Below, piece after piece: positions 36,241-49,600 of a stretch of 64,000 nucleotides of DNA. The stretch lies in assembly GCA_053919585.1 (NCBI GenBank), contig CM132787.1. The stretch is one strand, 5' to 3'. Both the position numbers and the translations under genes were made by a program. Each line of letters begins with the position of its first letter. Position 1 is the first letter of the stretch. Source of the stretch: Euprymna scolopes (taxonomy: Eukaryota). Under the pieces are notes generated by a model. That model searched no databases. It was not told the origin of the DNA and saw nothing but the letters and a program-made list of their open reading frames with translations.

Positions 36241-37821
36241 TCTTTGTCGCAGATCTAAACTGACAACAAAGAGAGTTTAATGCCAAAACAGTAACATAAA
36301 TTCTTGTAAATGTCGTCAACATATAATAAATAGTGCAACAAGGACTACGGTAAAACAAATTGTGAGAAGATTGTTTTGTAAAATAAGAGATAATATAGAG
36401 TCCAAATTGCCTTAACCAACATATAGTTAAATCTGGTACAACATCAAACAGTTAACCGTATAGATGCAATAAACACTGGCAATATCACAAAAATCGATAA
36501 GACTTGACAACACAAAACCCAGTAAAGTTGATTCTGTCGAACGATGCAGATTAAAAAGTTATAAATAATGCTCTCTGTATATTAGATCTTTAAATTAGTG
36601 AAGATATGTAAATTATGCATTAAATATATAATATTAAAAAAATATATTATTTATTTATTAATTATTAAATTAAAAATGCACTAAATTAACATAAACAAAT
36701 GTATTATTTTATTATAACTAAATTTTATTTAAAAAAAAACTCTAAATAAGCAATAATTTTTACTCCATTTCTACTTGGGTTAATGCCAACCTGTTTCTTA
36801 TTGTGAATTTTGGAAGTTTTGATGCGTTTGATATTTAATATAGGAAATAAAAATATATTTAATATTCTTTAAAATTGAGTATACACTTTACTCATTAATG
36901 TCATATATGCTCTGTAATATCATTGAGCTTCATAAATCCACTTATTTATTTATCGTTAAGCTATTAAATAATTGTACTAATTTTAGTTATCATCAATTAC
37001 ATCGCAAGTAAAAAAAATAAGTAAACACGTAGGCATAAACATAAATATAGTACAATTATCTGGTTCGTGCAAATAACACAAGCTCACACCCTCTCACAAT
37101 GTCTTAATCTTTTATCAAGAAGTAGGAGCTGCAAAAAATAATGGAAGAACACAGCTACAGATAGTTAGGCTTATTTAGTTCTAAATCAAATGCCATCTAG
37201 GAGAAATTAAGAAAAGTGTGTTTGCACTAAGCGGGAGAGGATCAAGGAAACAATAGAATAGGTTACACAATAAATTTCATCGTCGACAATCATGTTTGTC
37301 AAGCTCTTTTATTTTCGCGTAAATAATAGCCATAGAAATACTAAATGTAAGAAAAAATTTAGGCTTAGTACTAATGCTCAAATCACTCTTAACATTAATT
37401 GTTTCTTGTTTTTCATTTTACCTTGTATTTTTTATATAAGTACTTTACATAATATATTTAAAAATAAAAATTGATCAAGAAAGTTACTGATTTAAATATG
37501 TTTAATATTGTGTTTTATTATTCGGCACAAATCAACACGACATCATCAATGTCTGCTATAATCTGCTCTTACTTTTTATTATTATTATATCGCTGTAGAT
37601 ATTTTCACCTAATATCATATTTCCAATATCCCATCAAGTTGAAATCAATAATATATGGCTTCATTTTACAGTTATCCTTCTATATTTATTGCGCAATTCA
37701 TACGTTTCAATTTTCTAATATTGAAGACCAACATCTGACCCTTAGGCGTTTCATTACAATATGTTTGCAAATAGTTAATCATTCATATAAATATCGTTTA
37801 ACACACACACCCACACACATA

Positions 37822-37890
<69 letters not shown>

Positions 37891-37894
<4 letters not shown>

Positions 37895-38678
37895 CATTTC
37901 AGCCCGGTGTTGTCCGAGTGTTGGAGGAGTATGTTGAGCAAAAAAGAAAGATATTGTTTTTTTAATTTGACGCATATTATGGCCCCTTAACATTTATTGT
38001 TTTGTGATCAAATCAGATTATTAAGTAAGATTCATATCCGAGGAACCTATATCTAACATTTAAAGATTGTAGACCCAAAATTGTCGGAGGAGTTTTGTAG
38101 AGTTCTCAAAGGCCAAATCGTTGGACTTTGACACCTAAACAGCCAAATTTCTGGCCGAAAACCGACCACAAATATATTCACAAATCTCCGCACCCCGTGT
38201 ATCAAATTTCGAGTATGTAAACTGAAAATTGAGTTATTGCGTAAGGAAATGTACACACAGCGGCACACAGACACGTCCACTTTTATAGATATACTAGCAT
38301 ATGTACCCGGCGCTGCCCGGGTATTTCGAGGGGTATGTTGAGCAAAAAAAGCGTCAATTTTTGTAACTTTGACCACTATTATGACCCCTTAACATTTATT
38401 GCGTTGGGCTCAAAACAAGTTATTGAGTTAGATCATTTGCAAGGAATGCATATCGAAAATTTCCAATGTTTTGCCCCCAAATTTTTGTAGGAGTTTGGTA
38501 TAGTTCTAAAAGATCCAATCGCTGTAATTTGACTCCTTAACAGCAAAATTTGTGGCCCAAAACCAATCACATCGATTTTTTCCAAATCTCAGTACCCTGT
38601 GTATCAAATTTCGAGTCTGTAGAATTAGCAAAGGTAATGCGTAGGGAAATGTACACAAACAGACACACAGACAAACAG

Positions 38679-38710
<32 letters not shown>

Positions 38711-38925
38711 CCATACTATATACGTACTAACGTGGGTGCCCTGCGTTTCCCGGGTATTTGGAGGTGGATGTTGAGCAAAAAAAAAAAACTGTCAATGTTT
38801 TTAACTTTTACCCCTCTTATGACCCCTTAAAATTTATTGTTTTGGGATCAAATGAAGTTATTAAGCTAGACCAATGTCCAAGGAAGCTATATTTAAAATG
38901 TCCAGTGTTTAGCCCCAAGGCTGTC
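37891..38925 (-). mobile_element. Helitron family A tandem units (37891-38293, 38294-~38680, 38727-~38925 truncated)
   Basis: Repeated 3' hairpins (CCCGGCGCTGCCCGGG) with CTAG-like ends. Junction TTTTATAGATATA|CTAG at 38293/38294. Confidence 0.85.
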
Positions 38926-39299
38926 TAGATAGATAGATAGAATGATATATTAAACAAAAATATATATGGACAGTGTGTACTGTGAACATTTTATGCAAAT
39001 ATTATGCAAGTATAAATCATCTAGAATGTCTGCATGAATATAATTACACGTAATAGTTAACTAAAGATGATCACATCAGGAAAAAACCTAAAACTAATCT
39101 AATAGGGAATTAATTAAAATAAATGTTTAAAAGAATATGCAAATTAGCTAGATCTTCTGCAGATGAATTCAATTACATCATTCATATATAAGAAAAAGGT
39201 ATTTCTTTTTAAATAAATAGAAAAGAGGGGGTTTAATAGGAATATAAATACACGCAAAGGATACACGTATTTATAGGAGTATAGACGACAGGCAATTCG

Positions 39300-40570
39300 T
39301 CATGGTGTTGCCCGTGTGTTTGGATGTGTATGTGGAGCATAAAAAAAGCGGTAATTTTTTAAACTTTGGCCAATATTATGACCCCTTAACACTTATTGTG
39401 TTGTGCTCAAATCAAGTTATTAAGTTCAATCCATGTCCAAGGAACATGCATCTAAAATTTCAAGTGCTTAGACCCAAAATTATCGATGTTGTTCGGTAAA
39501 GTCTCAAAGGTAAAATCGTTGAACTTCGACCCCTTAACACCAAATTTCTGGCCGAACATGGATTACACAGCTTTTCCAAAAGTTCAGTACCCTGTATATC
39601 AAATTTCGAGTTCGTAAACTAAAAATGAGTTCTTGCGTGGGAAATGTACACCCACAAACACGTTCACTTTTATAGATTAAACAAAAATATATACGTACTA
39701 GCATTTCAGCCCGACGTTGTTCGAGGTTTTGTATCTGTATGTTGTGCAACAAAAAAAAAGTAGTAGTAGGAAGGCAGGCTCGAACCCGTAACGGGAAGGA
39801 GGAAAAGGACGGAAAAAAACTTGGTTACGACCACCGCCAAACCTGAACTGACTTATGCTAGATAATCGAAAGGATAGGATAACTTAAAAAAATATCGGCG
39901 AAAAAAGCGACGCCCCCCCTGTAGAAAAGTGCCTAGTTTAAAGTGAAAGTGTTAATTTGTTCAGACAATGCAAACATATATACATACATACCTTTATATA
40001 TTGGTAAAAAACAATGTTCGACTCAAACTTATTAAAAAGCTTGCCATATCTCTGAATACACTTGATGTAAAATTTCAAAAAAATTCAGAAATTGTCTCAG
40101 TAATTTGGTAGAAATCGCGGAGGTCAATGTTTGTAAACTTTGACCCCAATTATGACCCCTTAACATTTATCGTTTTGTGCTGAAGTCAAGTTATTAAGTT
40201 CGATGCATGTCCAAGGTACCTATATCTACATTTTCAAGCGTTTAAACCAAAAATTGTCGGAGGAATTTGGTAGAGACCTAAAAGGTAAAATCGTTGAACT
40301 TTGACACCTAAACAGCCAAATATCTGGCCAAAACCGATGTCAAAGATTTTCCCAAACCTCACTACTCTGTATATACAATTTCGTGTCAGTGGAGTTAAAA
40401 TTGATAAAGTTATTGCGTAGGGAAATGTACACACACTCGGGCACACACAGACACGTTCACTTTTATAGATATACTAGCATTTCAGCCCGGCGTTGCCCGG
40501 GTATTTGGAGGTGAGCAAAAAACAAGAAAAAAGCGGTCAATTTTTCTTAATTTGACCCCTATTATGAACC
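39300..40570 (-). mobile_element. Helitron family A tandem units (39300-39678, 39698-40473 long variant, 40474-gap)
   Basis: CTAG at 39698 and 40474, each followed by the hairpin. The junction at 40473/40474 is identical to that at 38293/38294. Confidence 0.85.
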
Positions 40571-41217
40571 NNNNNNNNNNNNNNNNNNNNNNNNNNNNNN
40601 NNNNNNNNNNNNNNNNNNNNNNNNNNNNNNNNNNNNNNNNNNNNNNNNNNNNNNNNNNNNNNNNNNNNNNNNNNNNNNNNNNNNNNNNNNNNNNNNNNNN
40701 NNNNNNNNNNNNNNNNNNNNNNNNNNNNNNNNNNNNNNNNNNNNNNNNNNNNNNNNNNNNAGACTCCAAATTTGATTGCTGTTGACCCTCTTGCAATGAA
40801 TTTATTTCAAGTATGATTACATACAAATCATTGAGAAAAATGGCGAAGTAAACGAAAAATGAAAAGTAATTACAAATTTAGTTCCAATTTTTGAATTTAG
40901 TAGCCATGCCCAAATAAATTTCATTTTCATCTATTGGATTAATAGATGCAACTTCATCTGCGGAGTTAAGGGTATAATAGATGTAATAGCTGATATAATA
41001 ATTAAATGAAAGATTTGGCGTAAGAAACACTTGCCTCCGAAAAATTTCCATGATGAAATAATCAAGGAATAAATTGTAAGCTTGCCAAAGTGATGCAGTT
41101 ATAAATACATTTTTCTTAGCTATTTGTTATATGCCCTGTAATTTCATAGAGCTTCATAAAGTAAGGATTGTTATAAATTAAACTTGAATTCTAAATGTAA
41201 AAGAACATATTTTTCAA

Positions 41218-41294
<77 letters not shown>

Positions 41295-41295
<1 letters not shown>

Positions 41296-41665
41296 TAGCA
41301 GGGGTGCCCGGCGTTGCTCGGGTGTTTGGAGGTGTATGCTGTGCAAAAAAACCCAAAAAAAAACAAAAAAAATGGTTAATTTTTTAAAACTTTGACCCCT
41401 ATTATAACCCCTTAAAATTTATAGTTTCGGGCTCAAATCACTTTATTAAGTTTGATCCATGTTCAAGGAACCCATATCTAAAATTTCAAGTGTCTAGACC
41501 AAAAATTGTCTGAGGGTTTGGTAGAGTTCCTAAAGGTCAAATCGTTGAAATTTCACCCCTTAACAGACAAATTTCTGGCTGACACCCGTCACATCGATTT
41601 TCTCAAATCTCAGTACCCGGTATTTTAAATTTCAGGTCTATAGACTAAACATTGACAGTTATTGC
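41295..41665 (-). mobile_element. Helitron family A, short variant (cut by a gap)
   Basis: A|CTAG followed by CCCGGCGTTGCTCGGG. The body is the reverse complement of 32360-32712. Confidence 0.85.
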
Positions 41666-42079
41666 NNNNNNNNNNNNNNNNNNNNNNNNNNNNNNNNNNN
41701 NNNNNNNNNNNNNNNNNNNNNNNNNNNNNNNNNNNNNNNNNNNNNNNNNNNNNNNNNNNNNNNNNNNNNNNNNNNNNNNNNNNNNNNNNNNNNNNNNNNN
41801 NNNNNNNCTCTTTATCTAACATCTGATATTACACGTTAATCAATTTGTCTAAAATCGCGTATGCCCTAATGAAACGCTCGCATGTTTTTACAATATTCTG
41901 AAATATATACGGTTACGTTTTTATTTTCATAATTACGAGCAGGACCTGTGGATATTCAAGAGGGGACTCAGTCATATTTAATATGTTGGTGTTGGCATTC
42001 TGTAGATGTTAAGTGTAAATAAGGATAATCTGATATTATTGCAGCTTTTTTGTTAGAACTACAAAAGTATTTATCTATG

Positions 42080-42108
42080 CTAGCACAAATGCCCCGCAAT
42101 GCCCGGTC
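42080..42108 (-). mobile_element. Isolated Helitron-like 3' terminus with a body unrelated to family A
   Basis: Minus strand CCGGGCATTGCGGGGCATTTGTGCTAG has the same hairpin-to-CTAG spacing as family A. Confidence 0.45.
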
Positions 42109-43688
42109 GTAAAGTACGCTTAAATATTATATATTAATTCTTGCAGATTTCACATATATTATTATGGAGTTAATATATATGCATATATGACCTTGCTGTA
42201 TTAGCTTAAATCGAAGCCGAAATGAAAACTTTACTAGAGTGGCATCAGTTATACGTTAAACCGAAACAAAACCTTATAAATAAGTGTTGATAACATTATT
42301 CACAAAAAAGTAGAAGACTTTCGTGTAAGCGGATATATTTGAAACTAAACCAAAAATTTCAAGCATTTTTGGTAACGTTATTTATGACAAGAGATGGCAT
42401 ACGACACGGATGTAAGGGAGACACCTAAAATAACACAGGCCATTTTATCTATATATGGATCAATCTATATTCGATGGATTAACTATGCAAATATTAAATA
42501 TTATTTAATTTGTTTATAATCACTATGACTATATAACTATAAATTAGCGTAGTTCACCCTTTGGTAACACTATAAATTTAAATTTGCTGAAGAAACACAG
42601 GTTTTAGATCTATTAAATATGTAAGTTATGTTACATCAAATTAAATCTACGGTTGCACATTCCCTGTTAGAGATATCCTCACAGTTTGTTGTCTATTTCC
42701 ATTTATTACTGTTAATTGATTTGTTCTATGTGTGGTAATTGAACTTCTTATGTCGTCGATGCTTTTTATCTTAATGTTTAGTGATGATATCCACATCAAA
42801 TAAAATATTCTGTCTATTATATAACATTAGAGAAATTCTGTTTCTACATTTGGTGAACACAGGGTGTAAAGAATCTTGTATATTTTTTTAGTTTTTTCTT
42901 CTTGTCGTAATGTATTCCCTGTATACCTTACAATTTTTCAAGCCCCAGTATCTCACACGCAGGAAGAAATATAACGACTAACTCGCTAGTTAAAAGTATA
43001 AATAGTTAATGTGCCTTCAATAATTGAAAATGTTGACCCAGACACGAATAATCAAGTAAAAATAAATTTTATAAGCACAAACATTAATTTAATACTTAGT
43101 ATAAAATAAATTTATTTTCGCACTAATTGCAATTGTAAACACAACATGCATATAATAAATATTACATGTTTAGAAAGAACATGGCTCCTTGATCAGATTA
43201 ATAACAATAAAAACACATCAAGTTATAATAATATTATTTCATATAACATATTCGTTTACTGATTCCTTTTTGCTGATTAATGCCGCTCGTATTCATTCTA
43301 CATTTTTTTACAGTTTTCTATAAGTTTCTGCGAGTCAAATATGCGTTTCATGCAATCGTACGATTGGAATACAAAGTTAACAAACTCTATGTGTCTTCTA
43401 TCTTTTGGAGTATCGTTTATTTTTATCAATAGAAGCATTGTTTTATTAATATTTAAAAAAAAGTTTAAGGAAATATGTTTAGTAATCCACTATTAGGTAT
43501 ACGTTTAATCTTTGCAGAAAGCATCTTTATTTAGAACGTAAACAATAAAAAAGGTCAAATATACAGACAGGCAGTAGACTTCACAACGATAAAAATCTCA
43601 GTTAAAACTTTTGATAAATATTATGATCGTTGTATCTTTAATGTTATCAGCTCTTTCTTAAAATTTTCTGCATTCTGAGGTATTATTA

Positions 43689-46600
43689 TTCGGTTTGCAA
43701 CTAAATCAATAATGGTCGATCTATCGAAATGACTCTTCAGTTTGTAACTTGATCAATAACGGTCGATCTATTGAAATGACTCTTCAGTTTGCAATTTCAT
43801 CAATAACGGTCGATCTCTTGAAATGACTCTTCAGTTTGTAACTTGATCAATAATGGTCGATCTATTGAAATGACTCTTCAGTTTGTAACTTCATCAATCA
43901 TGGTCGATCTATTGAAATGACTCTTGAGTTTGCAACTTAATAAATAATGGTCGATCTATTGAAATGACTCTTCAGTTTGCAACTTCATCAATAACGGTGG
44001 ATCTATTGAAATGACTCTTCAGTTTGCAACTTCATGAAAAATGGTCGATCTATTGAAATGACTCTTCAGTTTGTAACTTAATCAATAATGGTCGATCTAT
44101 TGAAATGACTCTTCAGTGTGTAACTTGATCAATAATGGTCGATCTATTGAAATGACCCTTCAGTTTGCAACTTAATCAATAATGGTCGATCTATTGAAAT
44201 GACTCTTCGGTTTGCAACTTCATCAATAATGGTCGATCTATTGAAATGACTCTTCAGTTTGCAACTTCATCAATAACGGTCGATCTATTGAAATTACTCT
44301 TCGGTTTGCAACTTCATCAATAATGGTCGATCTATTGAAATGACTCTTCAGTTTGCAACTTCATCAATAATAGTCGATCTATTGAAATGACTCTTCTGTT
44401 TGTAACTTCATCAATAATGGTCGATCTATTGAAATAACTCTTCAGATTGTAACTTGATCAATAATGGTCGATCTATTGAAATTACTCTTCAGTTTGCAAC
44501 TTCATCAACAATGGTCGATCTATTGAAATGAATCTTAAGTTTGTAACTTCATCAATAATGGTCGATCTATTGAAATGGCTCTTCGGTTTGCAAATTGATC
44601 AATAATGGTCGATCTATTGAAATAACTATTCAGTTTGCAAATTCATCAATAATGGTCGATCTATTGAATTGACCCTTCAGTTTGTAACTTCATCAATAAT
44701 GGTCGATCTATTGAAATGACTCTTCGGTTTGCAACTTCCGGAATAATGGTCGATCTATTGAAATGATTCTTCAGTGTGTAACTTCATAAACACCGGTCGA
44801 TCTATTGAAATGACTCTTCAGTTTGCAACTTAATACATAATGGTCGATCTTTGAAATGATTTTCAGTTTGCAACTTCATCAATAATGGTCGATCTATTGA
44901 AATGACTCTTCAGTTTGCAACTTCATCAATAATGGTCGATCTATTGAAATGACTCTTCAGTTTGCAACTTCCTCAATAGTGGTCGATCTATTGAAATGAC
45001 TCTTCGGTTTGCAACTTCATCAATAATGGTCGATCTATTGAAATGACTCTTCAGTTTGCAACTTCATCAATAATGATCGATCTATTGAAATGACTATTCA
45101 GTGTGTAACTTCACTAATAACGGTTGATCTATTGAAATGACTCTTAAGTTTGTAACTTCATCAATAATGGTCGATCTATTGAAATGACTCTTCAGTGTGT
45201 AACTTTATCAATGACGGTCGATCTATAAAAATGACTCTTCAGTTTGTAACTTCATCAATAATGGTCGATCTATTGAAAGGCTCTTCAGTTTGCAACATCA
45301 TCCATAATGGTCGATCTATTGAAATGACTCTTCGGTTTGCATATTCATCAATAATGGTCGATCTATTGAAATGACTATTCAGTTTGTAACTTCATCAATA
45401 ATGGTCGATCTATTGAAATGACTCTTCAGTGTGTAACTTTATCACTAACGGTCGATCTATAAAAATGACTCTTCAGGTTGTAACTTCATCAATAATGGTC
45501 GATCTATTGAAAGGCTCTTCAGTTTGCAACATCATCCATAATGGTCGATCTATTGAAATGACTCTTCGGTTTGCATATTCATCAATAATGGTCGATCTAT
45601 TGAAATGACTATTCAGTTTGTAACTTCATCAATAATGGTCGATCTATTGAAATGACTCTTCAGTTTGTAACTTCACCAATAATGGTCGATCTATTGAAAT
45701 GATTCTTCAGTTTGTAACTTAATAAATAACGGTGGATCTATTGAAATGACTCTTCAGTTTGCAACTTCATTAATAATGGTCTATCTATTGAACTGACGCT
45801 TCAGTTTACAACTTCATCAATAAAGTTCGATCTATCGAAATGACTCTTCAGTTTGTAACTTCATCAATATTGGTCGATCTATGTAAATAACTCCTCAGTT
45901 TTCAACTTCATAAATAATAGCCGATTGATTGAAATGACTCTTCAGTTTGCAACTTCATCAATAACGGTGGATCTATTGAAATGACTCTTCAGTTTGCAAC
46001 TCCATCACTAAAGGTCGATCTATCGAAATGGCTCTTCAGTTTGCAACTTCATCAATAATAGTCGATCTATTGAAATGACTCTTCAGTTTGCAACTCCATC
46101 AATATGGCCGATCAATTGACATAGCTCTTCAGTATGCAACTTCATTAATAATGGTCTATCTATTGAACTGACTCTTCAGTTTGTAACTTCATCAATAATG
46201 GTCGATCTATTGAAATGACTCTTCAGTTTGCAACTTCATAAATAACGGTCGATCTATTGAAATGACTCTTCAGTTTGCAACTTCATTAATAATGGTCTAT
46301 CTATTGAACTGACTCTTCAGTTTGCAACATCATCAATAATGGTCGATCTATTGAAATGACTCTTCAGTTTGCAACTTTATCAATAACGGTCGATCTATTG
46401 AAATGACTCTTCAGTTTGCAACTTCATTAATAATGGTCTATCTATTGAACTGACTCTTCAGTTTGTAACTTCATCAATAATGGTCGATCTATTGAAATGA
46501 CTCTTCAGTTGGCAACTTCATCAATAACGGTCGATCTATTGAAATGACTCTTCAGTTTGCAACTTCATTAATAATGGTCGATCTATTGAACTGACTCTTC

Positions 46601-49600
46601 AGTTTGCAACATCATCAATAATGGTCGATCTATTGAAATGACTCTTCAGTTTGCAGCTTCATCAATAATGGTCGATCTATTGAAATGACTCTTCAGTTTG
46701 CAACTTTATCAATAACGGTCGATCTATTGAAATGACTCTTCAGTTTGCAACTTCATTAATAATGGTCTATCTATTGTACTGACTCTTCAGTTTGTAACTT
46801 CATCAATAATGGTCGATCTATTGAAATGACTCTTCAGTTGGCAACTTCATCAATAACGGTCGATCTATTGAAATGACTCTTCAGTTTGCAACTTCATTAA
46901 TAATGGTCGATCTATTGAACTGACTCTTCAGTTTGCAACTTCATCAATAATGGTCGATCTATTGAAATGACTCTTCAGTTTGCAACTTTATCAATAACGG
47001 TCGATCTATTAGAATGACTCTTCAGTTTGCAACTTCATTAATAATGGTCTATCTATTGAACTGACTCTTCAGTTTGTAACTTCATCAATAATGGTCGATC
47101 TATTAAAATGACTCTTCAGTTTGCAACTTCATAAATAACGGTCGGTCTATGGAAATGACTTTTCAGTTTGCAACTTCATCAATAACGGTCGATCTATTGA
47201 AATGACTCTTCAGTTTGCAACTTCATCAATAATGGTCGATCTATTGAAATGACTCTTCTGTTTGTAACTTCATCAATAATGGTCGATCTATTGAAATAAC
47301 TCTTCAGTTTGTAACTTAATCAATAATGGTTGATCTATTGAAATGAATCTTCAGTTTGTAACTTGATCAATAATGGTCGATCTATTGAAATGGCTCTTCG
47401 GTATGCAAATTTATCAACTATGGTCGATCTATTGAAATAACTCTTCAGTTTGTCACATTCATCAATAATGGTCGATCTATTGAAATGACTCTTCAGTTTG
47501 TAACTTCATCAATAATGGTCGATCTATTGAAATGACCCTTCAGTTTGCAACTTCCGGTATAATGGTCGATCTATTGAAATGATTCTTCAGTGTGTAACTT
47601 CATCAATAACGGTCGATCTATTGAAATTACTATTCAGTTTGTAACTTCATCAACACCGGTCGATCTATTGAAATGACTCTTCAGTGTGTAACTTCACTAA
47701 TAACGGTTGATCTATTGAAATGACTCTTCAGTTTGTAACTTCATCAATAATGGTCGATCTATTGAAATGACTCTTCAGTGTGTAACTTTATCAATGACGG
47801 TCGATCTATTAAAATGACTCTTCAGTTTGTAACTTCATCAATAATGGTCGATCTATTGAAAGGCTCTTCAGTTTGCAACATGATCCATAATGGTCGATCT
47901 ATTGAAATGACTCTTCGGTTTGCATATTCATCAATAATGGTCGATCTATTGAAATGACTATTCAGTTTGTAACTTCATCAATAATGGTCGATCTATTGAA
48001 ATGACTCTTCAGTGTGTAACTTCACCAATAATGGTCGATCTATTGAAATGATTCTTCAGTTTGTAACTTCATAAATAACGGGTGATCTATTGAAATGACT
48101 CTTCAGTTTGCAACTTCCTAAATAATGGTCGATCTATTGAAATGACGCTTCAGTTTACAACTTCATCAATAAAGTCTGATCTATCGAAATGACTCTTCAG
48201 TTTGTAACTTCATCAATATTGGTCGATCTATGTAAATGACTCCTCAGTTTTAAACTTCATAAATAATAGCCGATTGATTGAAATGACTCTTCAGTTTGCA
48301 ACTTCATCAATAAGTGTGGATTTATTGAAATGACTCTTCAGTTTACAACTCCATCACTAAAGGTCGATCTATCGAAATGGCTCTTCAGTTTGCAACTTCA
48401 TCAATAATAGTCGATCTATTGAAATGACTCTTCAGTTTGCAACTCCATCAATATGGCCGATCAATTGACATAGCTCTTCAGTATGCAACTTCATTAATAA
48501 TGGTCCATCTATTGAACTGACTCTTCAGTTTGTAACTTCATCAATAATGGTCGATCTATTGAAATGACTCTTCAGTTTGCAACTTCATAAATAAGGGTCG
48601 ATCTATTGAAATGACTCTTCAGTTTGCAACTTCATTAATAATGGTCTTTCTATTGAACTGACTCTTCAGTTTGCAACATCATCAATAATGGTCGATCTAT
48701 TGAAATGACTCTTCAGTTTGCAACTTTATCAATAACGGTCGATCTATTGAAATGACTCTTCAGTTTGCAACTTCATTAATAATGGTCTATCTATTGAACT
48801 GAAACTTCAGTTTGTAACTTCATCAATAATGGTCGATCTATTGAAATGACTCTTCAGTTGGCAACTTCATCAATAACGGTCGATCTATTGAAATGACTCT
48901 TCAGTTTGCAACTTCATTAATAATGGTCGATCTATTGAACTGACTCTTCAGTTTGCAACATCATCAATAATGGTCGATCTATTGAAATGACTCTTCAGTT
49001 TGCAGCTTCATCAATAATGGTCGATCTATTGAAATGACTCTTCAGTTTGCAACTTTATCAATAACGGTCGATCTATTGAAATGACTCTTCAGTTTGCAAC
49101 TTCATTAATAATGGTCTATCTATTGAACTGACTCTTCAGTTTGTAACTTCATCAATAATGGTCGATCTATTGAAATGACTCTTCAGTTGGCAACTTCATC
49201 AATAACGGTCGATCTATTGAAATGACTCTTCAGTTTGCAACTTCATTAATAATGGTCGATCTATTGAACTGACTCTTCAGTTTGCAACTTCATCAATAAT
49301 GGTCGATCTATTGAAATGACTCTTCAGTTTGCAACTTTATCAATAACGGTCGATCTATTGAAATGACTCTTCAGTTTGCAACTTCATTAATAATGGTCTA
49401 TCTATTGAACTGACTCTTCAGTTTGTAACTTCATCAATAATGGTCGATCTATTAAAATGACTCTTCAGTTTGCAACTTCATAAATAACGGTCGGTCTATG
49501 GAAATGACTTCTCAGTTTGCAACTTCATCAATAACGGTCGATCTATTGAAATGACTCTTCAGTTTGCAACTTCATCAATAATGGTCGATCTATTGAAATG

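Larger units (their letters stand above)
12121..41294. repeat. Dispersed microsatellites (span covers first to last)
   Basis: (TA)n at ~12121-12190, 13247-13290 followed by (GA)n to 13328, 17821-17865, 19053-19091, 22928-22980, 23713-23771, 24517-24577, 31913-31998, 32266-32323, 36207-36237, 37822-37891, 38679-38706 and 41244-41294. (ATGT)n at 26407-26451 and (CA)n at 41218-41243. Confidence 0.98.
7720..41807. other. Five assembly gaps (span covers first to last)
   Basis: N-runs at 7720-7863, 12883-13033, 17541-17716, 40571-40760 and 41666-41807. Each is flanked by a repeat. Confidence 0.99.

Noticed and set aside
11926-41387. ORFs rich in YIYIYI, CVCVCV or X
   Set aside because: They are translations of (TA)n, (CA)n and N-gaps.
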